This document shows, in pieces, positions 17,280 to 27,414 of a stretch of DNA of 64,000 nucleotides; positions within the stretch are counted from its first letter, which is position 1; each line of letters opens with the position of its first letter. The position numbers and the translations under genes were made by a program. Source of the DNA: Planctomycetota bacterium (lineage in GTDB: Bacteria > Planctomycetota > B15-G4 > JADJEK01). A model generated the notes under the pieces. That model searched no databases and was not told where the DNA came from. It saw only the letters and a program-made list of their open reading frames with translations. The DNA lies in contig JBGAIQ010000019.1 in the NCBI GenBank assembly GCA_044225365.1, forward strand, positions 32,001-96,000, in the 5' to 3' direction.

Positions 17280-18593
17280 ATGAACGCAGCCGCGCCGCCG
17301 CTCTCGATCTCGTTGAACATCCGTCTGTCGCTGATGATGTTCCTGCAGCTCGCGATCTGGGGAGCGTGGTTGCCGCTCATGTGGACTTTCCTCGAGACGC
17401 ATCGGCACTTCACGGCCGATCAGATCGGCTTCATGTTCATGGTGGGCGGCGTCGGCGCGATCGCCGCGCCTTTCATCGCGGGGCAGATCGCCGATCGTTG
17501 GTTCAATACGGAGCGATTCCTCGCGATCAGCCATCTCGTCGGGGCGATCCTCGTCTGGCAGCTGGCGAACATCGAGACGTATTCGAGCTTCCTCGTCTTT
17601 TCGCTGCTGTACTCGCTCGTGTATTCCCCGACGCTCTCGCTCACCAATTCGCTCGCGTTCCATCACGTGCCCGATCGCGATCGCGACTTCGGACGAGTTC
17701 GCGTGTGGGGGACGTTTGGCTGGATCGCGGTTGGGATCGGCATCGGCCAGTGGCTCCTGCATCACCACACTCCGCAAGGCGCGAGCGTCGAGGTCGTGAA
17801 GGCGGCGCAAGCAGCGGGCATCGCCGATGCGTTCCGTCTCAGCGCGATCCTCGGCGCGATCATGGGCGTCTTCTGCCTCACCTTGCCCGCAACCCCGCCG
17901 TCGAAGGGCCAGCGTGCGAGTGCGATCGCCGAGGCGCTCCTCGAGATCAAGAAGCAGCCGCTGTTCACGCTCTTCCTTCTCGCGATCCCCGTCTCGTGCG
18001 TTCACCAGTTCTACTTCGTCCACACGGCGAGCTTCCTCGGGAAGTTCCAATCCGAGATGGCGAGCAAGATCAACGAATTCGTTGGCGTGGGCGGCGGCGG
18101 CCTCATGACCATCGGGCAGATGTCGGAGCTCGCCGTGCTCGCGGTGATCCCGTTCGTGGCGCGCGCTCTCTCGCGCAAGACCCTGCTCTCGATCGGAATC
18201 CTGGCGTACGCCGTCCGCATGGCGCTGTTCGCGTACGTTCATCCCATTCACGAAGCCACGGGGCTCCCTGAAGTGGCGATCCTGATCACCGGCATCGCGA
18301 TGCACGGGATCTGCTTCGGGTGCTTCATCTTCGTCGCGTTCATGGTGATCGACGAGGAGACGACGAGCGACGTGCGGGCGACGGCGCAGAGCCTATTCGG
18401 CCTCGTCGTCTTCGGCGTCGGCATCATCGTGGGATCGATCGTCGCGGCGCGAGTCGCGGACTGGGCGAAACAGGTAGAGAGCGAGTACTACACGCGCCTG
18501 TTCAGCGTGCCGTTCTACGGCGCGATCCTCTGCGTCGTGCTGTTGCTGTTGCTCTACCCGAATCGGAGCCGAATCGCGGAGGACCCAGCGTGA
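17280..18593 (+). CDS. MFS transporter, nucleoside:H+ symporter (NupG/YegT-like) family
   Basis: LSLMMFLQLAIWGAW, GQIADRWF, RVWGTFGWI, IGQMSE. Confidence 0.88.
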   Translation: MNAAAPPLSISLNIRLSLMMFLQLAIWGAWLPLMWTFLETHRHFTADQIGFMFMVGGVGAIAAPFIAGQIADRWFNTERFLAISHLVGAILVWQLANIETYSSFLVFSLLYSLVYSPTLSLTNSLAFHHVPDRDRDFGRVRVWGTFGWIAVGIGIGQWLLHHHTPQGASVEVVKAAQAAGIADAFRLSAILGAIMGVFCLTLPATPPSKGQRASAIAEALLEIKKQPLFTLFLLAIPVSCVHQFYFVHTASFLGKFQSEMASKINEFVGVGGGGLMTIGQMSELAVLAVIPFVARALSRKTLLSIGILAYAVRMALFAYVHPIHEATGLPEVAILITGIAMHGICFGCFIFVAFMVIDEETTSDVRATAQSLFGLVVFGVGIIVGSIVAARVADWAKQVESEYYTRLFSVPFYGAILCVVLLLLLYPNRSRIAEDPA

Positions 18594-19078
18594 AGCTCGC
18601 CGGTCTCGCGATCCTCGAGTTGGCCTCGTGCTGCGCCTTCGTGTTGGTGGGCTGCGCCGCGGGCCCCGCGAGAACGGAGGCCGAGGTCTTCGCTCGCCAC
18701 GCGGTCCTGCAGCGCCTCGACGACTACATGGTCGCATCGCGCGCCGTGGATGCCGATGCGATCGCGGCCTTCTACTCGACGACCGGAACGCTCTTCGAAC
18801 CCGGGATCGAGCCCATCGTGTCGGCCGATGCGATCCGCTCTTTCATCCGGTCGTTCCCCGGCGCGATGGTCGAAGTCGCCAACGTGACCCCGGACGAGGT
18901 CGAAGTGTTCGGCGCCACCGTTGTGATCTGGGGCTCGTACCACGAGCGCCTGAGTTTCCCGGGCCAGCCCGTCAGCGAGCAGGATGGGAAGTTCGTGATG
19001 GAGTGGAAGAAGGATCCATACGGCGTGTGGCTCGTCGAGCGGTTGCTCCGCGTGCCCTTGCCGCCCAAGACGCCGTGA
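18590..19078 (+). CDS. NTF2/SnoaL-like (DUF4440) protein, probable lipoprotein
   Basis: GTG overlaps the MFS stop. Hydrophobic leader ending LVGC; DADAIAAFY..GKFVMEWKK..G.W pattern. Confidence 0.7.
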   Translation: MKLAGLAILELASCCAFVLVGCAAGPARTEAEVFARHAVLQRLDDYMVASRAVDADAIAAFYSTTGTLFEPGIEPIVSADAIRSFIRSFPGAMVEVANVTPDEVEVFGATVVIWGSYHERLSFPGQPVSEQDGKFVMEWKKDPYGVWLVERLLRVPLPPKTP

Positions 19079-19082
19079 TGCG

Positions 19083-19298
19083 GGAGCGCCGGGCTCTGCC
19101 CGGCAATGGGGCGGCGATGCGGAGGAAAGAAGATGCCAGGCTGGAGCCTGGCGGTCCGCCTGGCGGTCCGAATTTGGAGCGCCGGGCTCTGCCCGGCAAT
19201 GGGGCGGCGATGCGGAGGAAAGAAGATGCCAGGCTGGAGCCTGGCGCTCCGCCTGGCGGTCCACCTGGCGGTCCACCGGGCGCTCCGCCTGGTGGTCC
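19083..19298. repeat. BIME-like array: two copies (93-bp period) of an inverted REP pair plus ~12-bp CCTGGCGGTCC repeats
   Basis: GGAGC-GCCGGGCTCTGCCCGGC...GCCAGGCTGGAGCCTGGC-G(G/C)TCC starting at 19083 and 19176. Confidence 0.85.
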
Positions 19299-19304
19299 GG
19301 CCGC

Positions 19305-22085
19305 TCAATCCTTCATGCGATACGCGTCGTTCGTCGGGCGGACGGCGCGGGCGAAGTGGAGGGGGCGTCGGAGGCCACCGGGATGTACCGGCCGGGCTTT
19401 CTTCACCCACTCCTCGAAGACCTCCATCGACTTCTTCGTGTCGATGAACACGTCGCCGTATTGATCGCCTTCGCGCGCTCGTTCCACCGTCACCGCCTGG
19501 TGCCAGCAGTGCATTCCGGAGACCGGGTCGGGCTGGACGCAGAACGTAAGGTTCTGATGCACTCCGCCGTCGGTCCACCACACGCGCTTGCTGTCGGGGT
19601 CCTTGCTCTCGAACGGAGCGACGTCCTTCAGGCGTGAGAAGCGCACCTTGCCCGCGGCGTCGATCTCCTTCTTCACGAGCGCGCTCGCCCAGCGATCCGT
19701 GCCGACCGTCTCGAAGAGACGCCAGCGTCCGAGGTGATGCGAGCACGCGATCACGCCGGGCCGGATGCCCTCGGTCACCCAGGCGCGATTCACGAAGTGC
19801 CCGATCCGGGTCGATACACGCACGAGTCCGGCCATCTCGATGCCGAGGCGTTTCGCGTCCTCCGGATGGACCCAGACGGGATTCGTGTTCGATAGCTCGT
19901 ACAGCCACTTCGCATTCGCGGACCGCGTGTGGATGAGCGTCGGAAGACGGAACGTCGCGACGAGCACCATCTGGCCCTTCGCCGGATCCATGTGCTTGCG
20001 ATGGACGTGGCTCTCGATGTAGGTCGGCAGCGCGAACTCGGGCCAGCCCCAGTCGGAAGTCGTCTTGCTGTAGATCTCGAGCCGCTTGCTCGGCGTCGTG
20101 AACCCGGTTACGGGCTTGCCGTCGGCGACGATGCCGACCTTCGCGCCGTCCTTCGTCACATCGTTCGACTTCTCGTCGATCGTGGCGCCCGTCGCGACCG
20201 CGGCAGCGAGCGACTTCTTGTGGCCGTCCCAGGTCTCCTTCTCGACGAGGAACGCGCCGTGGCGGCGCATGTACTCGAGCGGAGTCATGCCGTGTTTCTT
20301 CGCTTCTTCCGGAAGGCCCGGCACGGAGTTCTCGAAGATCCAGCGGTAGTACTCGGGGACCGTGATCTTCTCGGCTTTGCCGGGGCGATACGGATTCTCG
20401 TAGTACTTGCGGACCCCGAGACTGCCGTCGGGATCGATCGCCCAAGAGAGCTCGATCCAGAATTCGTCCTCCTCCCACACGTCGCCGGGGTTCGTGTCGC
20501 GAGTGCAGTCGACCTTCTTGCCCTGCAGCTCCATCATCGCGCGGACGACGGGCTGGCGGAAGCCGAGCCATTTCGCGGAGTGCGTCTCCTGGCTTTGCAG
20601 GTCGTGACGCTCGGCGCCGACGCCCATCGGAAGGACGTAGTCCGCGTACTGCGCGGTCTCGCTCCACACCGGCGTGAGCGCGGCGTGCAGCTCGATCATC
20701 GATTCATCCTTCAGCACCTGCTCCCAGAGCATGCCGTCGGGATTCGTCCACACCGGGTTGTAGACGCGCGTGAAGTAGGCGGAGAGCTTCTTCCTGCGCG
20801 ACAACATCAGGTGGGGGAGCAGGAACGAGAGCTCGTGATGCGAGAGGGGCCACTCGGGGGGATAGAGCAGCTCGTTCCACACGTTCTGCGGCGGCGGCTT
20901 GAGGAACGGCGCCGGCACGAACTTGTCGGACGTGTTGAGATTCGTTCCGCCCTTCGCATTGATCGCGCCGACCAGCACCGAGACGAACGCGAGGCAGCGT
21001 GCGACCTGCCAACCGCCTTCGTTGCCGGAGGCAGCCGAACGCCAGACGTGCGAAGCGAACGCGGATCCGGCCTTGCCGATCTCGCGCGCGACCTCGACGA
21101 TCGTCGCCGCCGCTACGCCGCACTCGGCCTCGGCGGCCTGCGGCGTGTACTTCGCGTAGTGTTTCTTCAGCGCCGCGAGGAACGCATCGAAGCCGGTCGC
21201 CCCGGGATCGAGCTGGGCGAGCGTCTCCTGCCAATTGGTCCACGTCCGCAGGAACTCGCGGTCGAAGAGATCCTCGGCGAGCAGCACCTGAGCGAAGGCG
21301 AGCAGGAGGAAGGCTTCGGTGCCGGGATGCGGCGCGAGCCAGTAATCGGCGACCGACGCCGTGTTCGACAATCGCACGTCGATCGCGGCGATCTTCGCGC
21401 CCTTCATCTTGCCGTCGATGATGCGCTGCGCGTGGGGATTGAAGTAGTGACCGGTTTCGAGGTGCGACGAGATCAGGAGGATGAACTTCGCGTTCTCATG
21501 ATCGGGCGACGGGCGATCGGCGCCCTGCCACAATGCGTAGCCGAGGCGGGCCGCGCCCGAGCAGACGTTGGTGTGCGAGTTGTGGCCGTCGACGCCCCAG
21601 CTTTGGAGCACGCGATCCATGTAGCCGTCGTGGCCGGGACGGCCGACGTGATACATCACCTCGGTCCGCCGGTTCTCGATGAGCGCCTTGCGGATCTGCG
21701 CCGCGAAGACCTCGATCACGTGCTCCCACGTGCAGGGCTCGAACTTACCGCTGCCGCGTGGGCCGACGCGCTTCAGCGGAGTGAGGATGCGCTCGGGATC
21801 CTGGATCTGCGAAAGCGTCGCCGGTCCCTTCGCGCAGTTGCGACCCCGCGAGCCGGGGTGATAGGGGTTGCCCTCGACCTTGCGGATCGAGTGATCCTCC
21901 TTGTCGATGTACGCGACGAGGCCGCAGGCCGCTTCGCAGTTGAAGCAGGTCGTCGGCACCAACGTGTAATGCTTCTCGACGCGCTTCGGCCAGGCCTTCG
22001 AATCGAGCTCGACCCAGTCGTTCCACTTCTCGAAGGGCGGGAAGGACTCGAGCGGAGTCACGCGCATTTCGGCGGAATCACTCAT
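19305..22085 (-). CDS. Molybdopterin (DMSO-reductase superfamily) oxidoreductase catalytic subunit
   Basis: N-terminal CFNCEAAC..NCAKG Fe-S motif, SHTNVC Mo-ligand region, SETAQYADYVLP, C-terminal dinucleotide-binding domain (HTRSAN..VWVHPEDA). No Tat signal. Confidence 0.9.
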   Translation of the reverse strand: MSDSAEMRVTPLESFPPFEKWNDWVELDSKAWPKRVEKHYTLVPTTCFNCEAACGLVAYIDKEDHSIRKVEGNPYHPGSRGRNCAKGPATLSQIQDPERILTPLKRVGPRGSGKFEPCTWEHVIEVFAAQIRKALIENRRTEVMYHVGRPGHDGYMDRVLQSWGVDGHNSHTNVCSGAARLGYALWQGADRPSPDHENAKFILLISSHLETGHYFNPHAQRIIDGKMKGAKIAAIDVRLSNTASVADYWLAPHPGTEAFLLLAFAQVLLAEDLFDREFLRTWTNWQETLAQLDPGATGFDAFLAALKKHYAKYTPQAAEAECGVAAATIVEVAREIGKAGSAFASHVWRSAASGNEGGWQVARCLAFVSVLVGAINAKGGTNLNTSDKFVPAPFLKPPPQNVWNELLYPPEWPLSHHELSFLLPHLMLSRRKKLSAYFTRVYNPVWTNPDGMLWEQVLKDESMIELHAALTPVWSETAQYADYVLPMGVGAERHDLQSQETHSAKWLGFRQPVVRAMMELQGKKVDCTRDTNPGDVWEEDEFWIELSWAIDPDGSLGVRKYYENPYRPGKAEKITVPEYYRWIFENSVPGLPEEAKKHGMTPLEYMRRHGAFLVEKETWDGHKKSLAAAVATGATIDEKSNDVTKDGAKVGIVADGKPVTGFTTPSKRLEIYSKTTSDWGWPEFALPTYIESHVHRKHMDPAKGQMVLVATFRLPTLIHTRSANAKWLYELSNTNPVWVHPEDAKRLGIEMAGLVRVSTRIGHFVNRAWVTEGIRPGVIACSHHLGRWRLFETVGTDRWASALVKKEIDAAGKVRFSRLKDVAPFESKDPDSKRVWWTDGGVHQNLTFCVQPDPVSGMHCWHQAVTVERAREGDQYGDVFIDTKKSMEVFEEWVKKARPVHPGGLRRPLHFARAVRPTNDAYRMKD

Positions 22086-22091
22086 GGTGTC

Positions 22092-23564
22092 TCACGACAA
22101 CGGCGGTAGCTGGCCTGCGCGGACGAAGGCAGCTTCGAACAGGAACAACGCGAACAGAGCGGGGATCCAGGCGATCATTGGTGCGAAGAGCGCGAGAGGG
22201 ATCGCGAGGAGGGAGAGCGCGATTCCGGTCGAGTAGGCCGGGATCGATCCAAAGCGCACTGCGGTGAGGAATCCAGCGGCCTGCCGTGCGTTCGCCGTGG
22301 CGTGTTTCTTGATCGGCTCCAGGATCGCGAGGAGTACGTGCGCGACGCTTGCCACGATCGCCACGATCGCGAGCGGGCGCGGCGAGTCCGAGAACGGCAA
22401 CAGCGCAAACGCTCCCGCGAGCACGGCCTGCGCGACGAGATGTGGCAGCACGAGCGAGCTCTGCCACAGATCGCGCCCTTCGCACTGCTTGAGCAGGAAC
22501 GCGGTGTAGGCGGCGGCGGCGAAGCCGAACAAGACGTTGGGGATCCGCAATAGGTCCGCGACGCCGTCGAAGCCGAGGAATCGCAGACCGAGGATTGCCG
22601 ATGTCGTCATCGAGAAGGCGATCAGGATGTAGGCACCCTTCACGAGCCAGCTCGTCCGATTGCCGCGAGTCAGGAGCGTGAGGAACTTCCATGGCCGCTT
22701 CAGATCCTCGACCAGGATCGCCGTCGTGATCGTGGTGAAGACGAGCGCGAGGATCTCGGGAGCGTACCGCCCCTTGTTCGCGAGGATTCCGAACGTGGCG
22801 ACGAGCGGCGCGAGCAGCGCGGCGCCGCCCGCGATTCCCTTGGTGAGGAAGTAGAGCGAGACCGCGGCTCCCCATTCGACCTTGTGCCCGGTGTCGAGCA
22901 CCGTGGTCACGTTCGGCAGCGTCGGCACGCTCTCGGGCCACGCTTCCGGTTTGCTCTTCGGCTTGTCGCTCCACAAGTAGATCGGCGGTCGCGCGGCGGC
23001 GCCCGGCGCGAGGATCGAGGGCTCGTGGCCGACGTAATGCACGTTCGGGCCCGTGTTCTGCTCGGGCCGTCGCACCTCGGTCGCGAGCTCGCGAGTCATG
23101 ATCGAGATCTTCGAGTTCGGATCGTGCAGGTCACCCGGGATGATCGCTTGTTCGGGACACACGATGACGCATGCCGGCTCGAGACCCTGCTCGAGGCGAT
23201 GGTTGCAGAAGTGGCACTTCTCGACGGCGCCCTTGTCCTCGTTCAGGTAGATCGCGTCGTAGGGGCAGGCCTGCATGCACGCGCGGCAACCGATGCAGAC
23301 GTCGCGATCGATGTCGACGACGCCGTTCTTCTCCTTGGAGAGCGCGGTCACCGGGCAGATCGTGACGCAGGGCGCGTTCGTGCAGTGGTTGCACCGCAGC
23401 ACGGCGAAGTGTCGCTTCACCGTCGGAAACGTTCCCGTCTCCTGGTACTTGACCCAGGTGCGGAAATCGCCGACCGGGACGTCGTTCTCGGACTTGCAGG
23501 CGACGGTGCACGCGTGGCAGCCGATGCATCGCCGATGATCGATCAAAAAGCCGTACTGGGTCAC
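22092..23564 (-). CDS. 4Fe-4S dicluster (NrfC/DmsB-like) - NrfD/PsrC membrane anchor fusion
   Basis: CIGCHAC, CNHC..PCV..CP, CIGCRACMQACP and KCHFC..PAC..CP, followed by W...SLYFLT.G and DLKRP..SWLVKGA TM segments. Confidence 0.88.
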   Translation of the reverse strand: MTQYGFLIDHRRCIGCHACTVACKSENDVPVGDFRTWVKYQETGTFPTVKRHFAVLRCNHCTNAPCVTICPVTALSKEKNGVVDIDRDVCIGCRACMQACPYDAIYLNEDKGAVEKCHFCNHRLEQGLEPACVIVCPEQAIIPGDLHDPNSKISIMTRELATEVRRPEQNTGPNVHYVGHEPSILAPGAAARPPIYLWSDKPKSKPEAWPESVPTLPNVTTVLDTGHKVEWGAAVSLYFLTKGIAGGAALLAPLVATFGILANKGRYAPEILALVFTTITTAILVEDLKRPWKFLTLLTRGNRTSWLVKGAYILIAFSMTTSAILGLRFLGFDGVADLLRIPNVLFGFAAAAYTAFLLKQCEGRDLWQSSLVLPHLVAQAVLAGAFALLPFSDSPRPLAIVAIVASVAHVLLAILEPIKKHATANARQAAGFLTAVRFGSIPAYSTGIALSLLAIPLALFAPMIAWIPALFALFLFEAAFVRAGQLPPLS

Positions 23565-23721
23565 GAACGGTTCCTCGCTTCGAAGGTGTGAGAAGCTACC
23601 CGAGGAACGGTTCGGAACGCTCGAGATTCAGCCCTGGAGCGGCCGCGCGTTTCGGATCCAGAAGGGGCGCGGTATCCTCCGCCAGGACGCTTCGGTTTCC
23701 CCGTGCCCTGCGGAGTCCTCG

Positions 23722-25029
23722 ATGATCGCGCTCCTTCCATTCTTCTCGTTCCTTTTTCCCGCCTCGGGAGTGCTCGCCGCAGCGCAAGAGCAAGCGGGCG
23801 ACGTCGTCGGCACCGGCTCCTTCGAGCTGAACAGCCACCTCGCGCGCGGCGATTTCTATCGCGACAACTTCCTCGGCTTCACGCCCGCGACGATCGCGCT
23901 CTCGAAGGACAAACCCTCGAGCGTCGCGAAGATCCCCGCCGTCGCAGATTCCGCGCTCTACGGGACCGTGGTGTTCGGGAACGGCCCGCATGCGGCGACG
24001 AACGTCCTCGTCGACGACGCCGCGAAGAAGATCTTCATCGATGCCAATCAAGATGGCGATCTCTCGAACGATCCAGAGGTGAAGTGGAGCAAGGTCGACA
24101 AGAACGAGCGCGGCGAGTTCCTCTCCGGTGAGTTCGAGTTCCTCGCCTCGTGGAAACTCTCGGACGGGAAGTTCACGGCGGGGAGGTACGAGATCGCGAT
24201 GTACCGCGGCGCGGGCGACGCCCGCGCGTTCTACTACCCGTTGAGCGGACTCTCGGGGAAGGTGACGATCGAGGGCAAGACGTATTCAGCGGCGATGATC
24301 GACGTCGGAGGTCCGACCGGGGGACACGCCTTGTTCGGTTCGCCCGGGGCCGATGGCGCGGCGACGGCGGCGCCCACATTGCTCATCGACCTCGACGCCG
24401 ATGGCACGTTTCGTTCCCTCGGCCACGGCGAGGCGTTCGGCACGGACGGTGAACGCGCGTCTCCGATCGGTGAGGCCTGGTACCTGTTCTCGGCGTCGGA
24501 CTTCGGAACCCGGCTCGCCGTGAAGAAGGGCGACATCCCCCTCGAGGTGAAGTACCGCAAGCCGATGGCGAAGGCGGGCGACGTCGCGCCGGGCTTCGAC
24601 ATGATCGGCGCCGACGGATCGAGATCGAGCCTCGCCGATCGCAAGGGCAAGGTCGTCCTCGTCGACTTCTGGGCGACGTGGTGCGGCCCGTGCCAGAAAG
24701 CGATGCCGATGGTTCAGCAGATGCACGAGAAGACGAAGGACCGAAAGGACTTCGAGATCATCGGTCTCTGCGTCGGCGACGAGAAGACGGCGTTCGACGA
24801 GTGGGTCGTCAAGAACCGCGAGAAGTACACGTTCACGATCGGCTTCGACCCCGTCGGCAGGAAGGTCGAAGAGAATGCGCAGATGTTCCGCTGGGGCATC
24901 TCGGGCATTCCCTTCGGCGCCGTCATCGACAAGGAAGGAAAGGTCGTGGAGACCGTCACCGGCTACACGCCGGAGAACGAGAAGAAGATCAAGGACGCGC
25001 TGAAGAAGCTCGGTGTCGACGTCGAGTGA
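23722..25029 (+). CDS. Secreted TlpA/ResA-family thiol-disulfide redoxin with large N-terminal domain
   Basis: Signal peptide; GKVVLVDFWATWCGPC; cis-Pro motif GIP. Confidence 0.85.
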   Translation: MIALLPFFSFLFPASGVLAAAQEQAGDVVGTGSFELNSHLARGDFYRDNFLGFTPATIALSKDKPSSVAKIPAVADSALYGTVVFGNGPHAATNVLVDDAAKKIFIDANQDGDLSNDPEVKWSKVDKNERGEFLSGEFEFLASWKLSDGKFTAGRYEIAMYRGAGDARAFYYPLSGLSGKVTIEGKTYSAAMIDVGGPTGGHALFGSPGADGAATAAPTLLIDLDADGTFRSLGHGEAFGTDGERASPIGEAWYLFSASDFGTRLAVKKGDIPLEVKYRKPMAKAGDVAPGFDMIGADGSRSSLADRKGKVVLVDFWATWCGPCQKAMPMVQQMHEKTKDRKDFEIIGLCVGDEKTAFDEWVVKNREKYTFTIGFDPVGRKVEENAQMFRWGISGIPFGAVIDKEGKVVETVTGYTPENEKKIKDALKKLGVDVE

Positions 25030-27287
25030 GATTCACTTGGCCGCACCGACACTCGCCGCCGCAGGCGCCGCTTCCTTCTCGACGGTGGCGCTGCTCGCAG
25101 CGGAGGAAGGCTGAGCGCGATCACGCCTTGTCGGCCGGCCATGAGCAGGCGCCCGACCAGTGTGCGATGCGCTTCGGAATCGAACTCGACGGTCTCAGCA
25201 GGCGTGATCGGGTCGGCGCTGCGCGGCAGCTTCGAATCGATCCAACGGTCGCCGCGCTTGTAGAACGCGCGATCGCCGATCTGCGCGACGCCCTGGATCT
25301 CCACGTTCTTGAAGGTCGAGTCGAGCATCCGATTGCGTCGGTTCTGCTGCGATTGCGCGGCCTGGCCCCGGGTGTTGATCGCTTGCACGATCGCGCCGCG
25401 ACCCGTTCGGACGTTCTGCAGTCGACTCGCGATCCTGCGGTTCATCTCGCCGACGTTGAGCTTCTCGGCGTCGAGGTTCGTGCCCTCGAGCGCGAGGAAG
25501 GCGGTGTACTCCGTCATCACGCCGAACTCGCGGGACAAGCGGTACACCTCGTTCGCAACCTCGGAGTTCGCTTTCTCGTCGATCTTGGCGTCCTTGCCGA
25601 CGGCGCCCGCCTGTCGCAGTTGATCGACGAGGAAACCGATTCGCCTGCTCGCCCACAGGCGCGGCACGTAGGCGCACTCGAGACTCGCTTTCGCCGGGTT
25701 CAGCTCGAAACGAAATGCGCGCATCGTTCCGAGGTAGTCGCCGCGGATCTCGAGGACGAGCGGCTCCTTGCCGCGATAGCGTCCGGTGAGGACGAGTTCG
25801 TCGCCGTCGAAGAGGTCGGGCAGTGGCGTCGGCAGTAGATCCACGGCGCGCGCATCGGCCGGTTTGCCGCTGGTATCGAGGATCGCGATCTGCGGCGACG
25901 CGAGGATCGGATCCTTCAACTTCACGAAGACCTCGGAGACGCGCTTCTCGACCGCCTCGTTCGGACGCACGTATGCGCTCGTCGCCCGCGATCGCGTCGC
26001 AATCACGTCGAGCAGCGGTGCGTTGACGTCGTCGCCGACGCCGAACGTGAAGATGCGGCGGCGGAACTTGTTCTCCGTCTCCGCGTCGCCGCGGATCGTC
26101 GCTTCGTCGGTGACTCCGATCGTCGGCAATCCGTCGGTGAGGAAGAGGACGATCGGGATCATGGCTTCATCGTGCGGTTGCGCGAGTGCGCGCTCGAGCG
26201 CGCCGTGCAGGTTCGTGCCGCCGAGCGCCTTCATCGTCTCGATGTAGCCGCGCGCCCGCAGAACGGCGTCCTTCGTCTTCGCGATCGGCTCGGACTCGAA
26301 GCTGCGAACCTGATCCGAGTAGTCGATGATGTTGAAGCGCTCGCCTTCGTCGAGTCCTTCGAGCACCTGCAGCGCTGCGGCTTTCGCCTGCTCGATCTTT
26401 GTCCCGGCCATCGAGCCGGAGGTGTCGAGCACGACCACGACCTCGCGCTTACGACTCTTCTCCAACTTCGGATCGCGCTTCACGGGCACTCCGCCGAGCA
26501 GCAGGAAGTAGCCGTCGTCGCCTCGGTCCGGGTAGAGGAAGTACGAGCCGTTCACTCCGTCGCCCTGCAGCAGGTACGAGAAGTCGATGGGCCCGGGCTC
26601 GCGCGCGGCGTCGAGCATGAGGCGGAGGCGCAGCTCGTTCTCCGCGACGCGTATCTGTTGGAACGAATGGGTCGGCGAGTACGCAGAAGCGATCGGTTTG
26701 CTGGCACGGAGGCGCACCTCGACGCGCCAGGGAATCGCGCACGCGGCGAGCGATTCGGAGCGCGGCAGTTCGTAGTCGATGCGGTCGCCGTCACCCTCGA
26801 GGAGATGCTCGTAGACGAGGCGAACCGTCTGCGTTCCCTTGCCGGGGACGGGAAACACCGAGGATCGGACCATTGCGCGGCCCGCGAATTCGAGGATTGC
26901 GGGATCCTTGATCTTCGAGACGAGCGACTCGTACGTCCGGCGCGCCTCGTCGACGGGCAACACCTTCGCGGTCGGTTCGCTCGACTTGCCGAGGAAGTCG
27001 AACGAACGGATCGTGGCGCCGTCGGGGATCGGCATCAGGATCTCGGCCTCTTCGACAGTCGCCGCGAGGTTGCGCAGGTGGATCGTGAGCGACGTCACCG
27101 CGACGCGCTGCATGACGTCGACATCGGCGCCGACGTCGACGATCGCGATCGAGGTCGCGCCGCCGCCCGTGGCGATCGATCGTGACTGCGGGACGACGAC
27201 GTTCCGCGCGAACTGCGCGCGAGCGGAGGCCGTGAAGAGGAGTGCGGTCAAGGCGAGGCAAAGGACGCGACACGCGCTGCGCGACAT
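24963..27287 (-). CDS. VIT + von Willebrand factor A domain protein (C-terminus possibly frameshifted)
   Basis: VIT region (..DPAILEF..VFPVP), MIDAS VLDTSGSM, GGTNL, FLTDGLPT, FGVGDDVN, TEYTAFL. Confidence 0.85.
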   Translation of the reverse strand: MSRSACRVLCLALTALLFTASARAQFARNVVVPQSRSIATGGGATSIAIVDVGADVDVMQRVAVTSLTIHLRNLAATVEEAEILMPIPDGATIRSFDFLGKSSEPTAKVLPVDEARRTYESLVSKIKDPAILEFAGRAMVRSSVFPVPGKGTQTVRLVYEHLLEGDGDRIDYELPRSESLAACAIPWRVEVRLRASKPIASAYSPTHSFQQIRVAENELRLRLMLDAAREPGPIDFSYLLQGDGVNGSYFLYPDRGDDGYFLLLGGVPVKRDPKLEKSRKREVVVVLDTSGSMAGTKIEQAKAAALQVLEGLDEGERFNIIDYSDQVRSFESEPIAKTKDAVLRARGYIETMKALGGTNLHGALERALAQPHDEAMIPIVLFLTDGLPTIGVTDEATIRGDAETENKFRRRIFTFGVGDDVNAPLLDVIATRSRATSAYVRPNEAVEKRVSEVFVKLKDPILASPQIAILDTSGKPADARAVDLLPTPLPDLFDGDELVLTGRYRGKEPLVLEIRGDYLGTMRAFRFELNPAKASLECAYVPRLWASRRIGFLVDQLRQAGAVGKDAKIDEKANSEVANEVYRLSREFGVMTEYTAFLALEGTNLDAEKLNVGEMNRRIASRLQNVRTGRGAIVQAINTRGQAAQSQQNRRNRMLDSTFKNVEIQGVAQIGDRAFYKRGDRWIDSKLPRSADPITPAETVEFDSEAHRTLVGRLLMAGRQGVIALSLPPLRAAPPSRRKRRLRRRVSVRPSESHSTSTPSFFSASLIFFSFSGV

Positions 27288-27414
27288 GAGGTTCTCCCGT
27301 CGAGTTCGAATTCCGACTTGCTCCTACCGTGACGCGGGGAGCGCGGTCTTCTCGATCGGCAGAACGTAGGTGCGATCCGCGCGCGGCGGAGTAAGCACCG
27401 CGTAACGTGCGCGG

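Noticed and set aside
16697-19298. Direct repeats at 16.7 kb and 19.1 kb as CRISPR arrays
   Set aside because: Each has only two units, with identical or near-absent spacers, and there are no cas genes. They fit REP/BIME elements.
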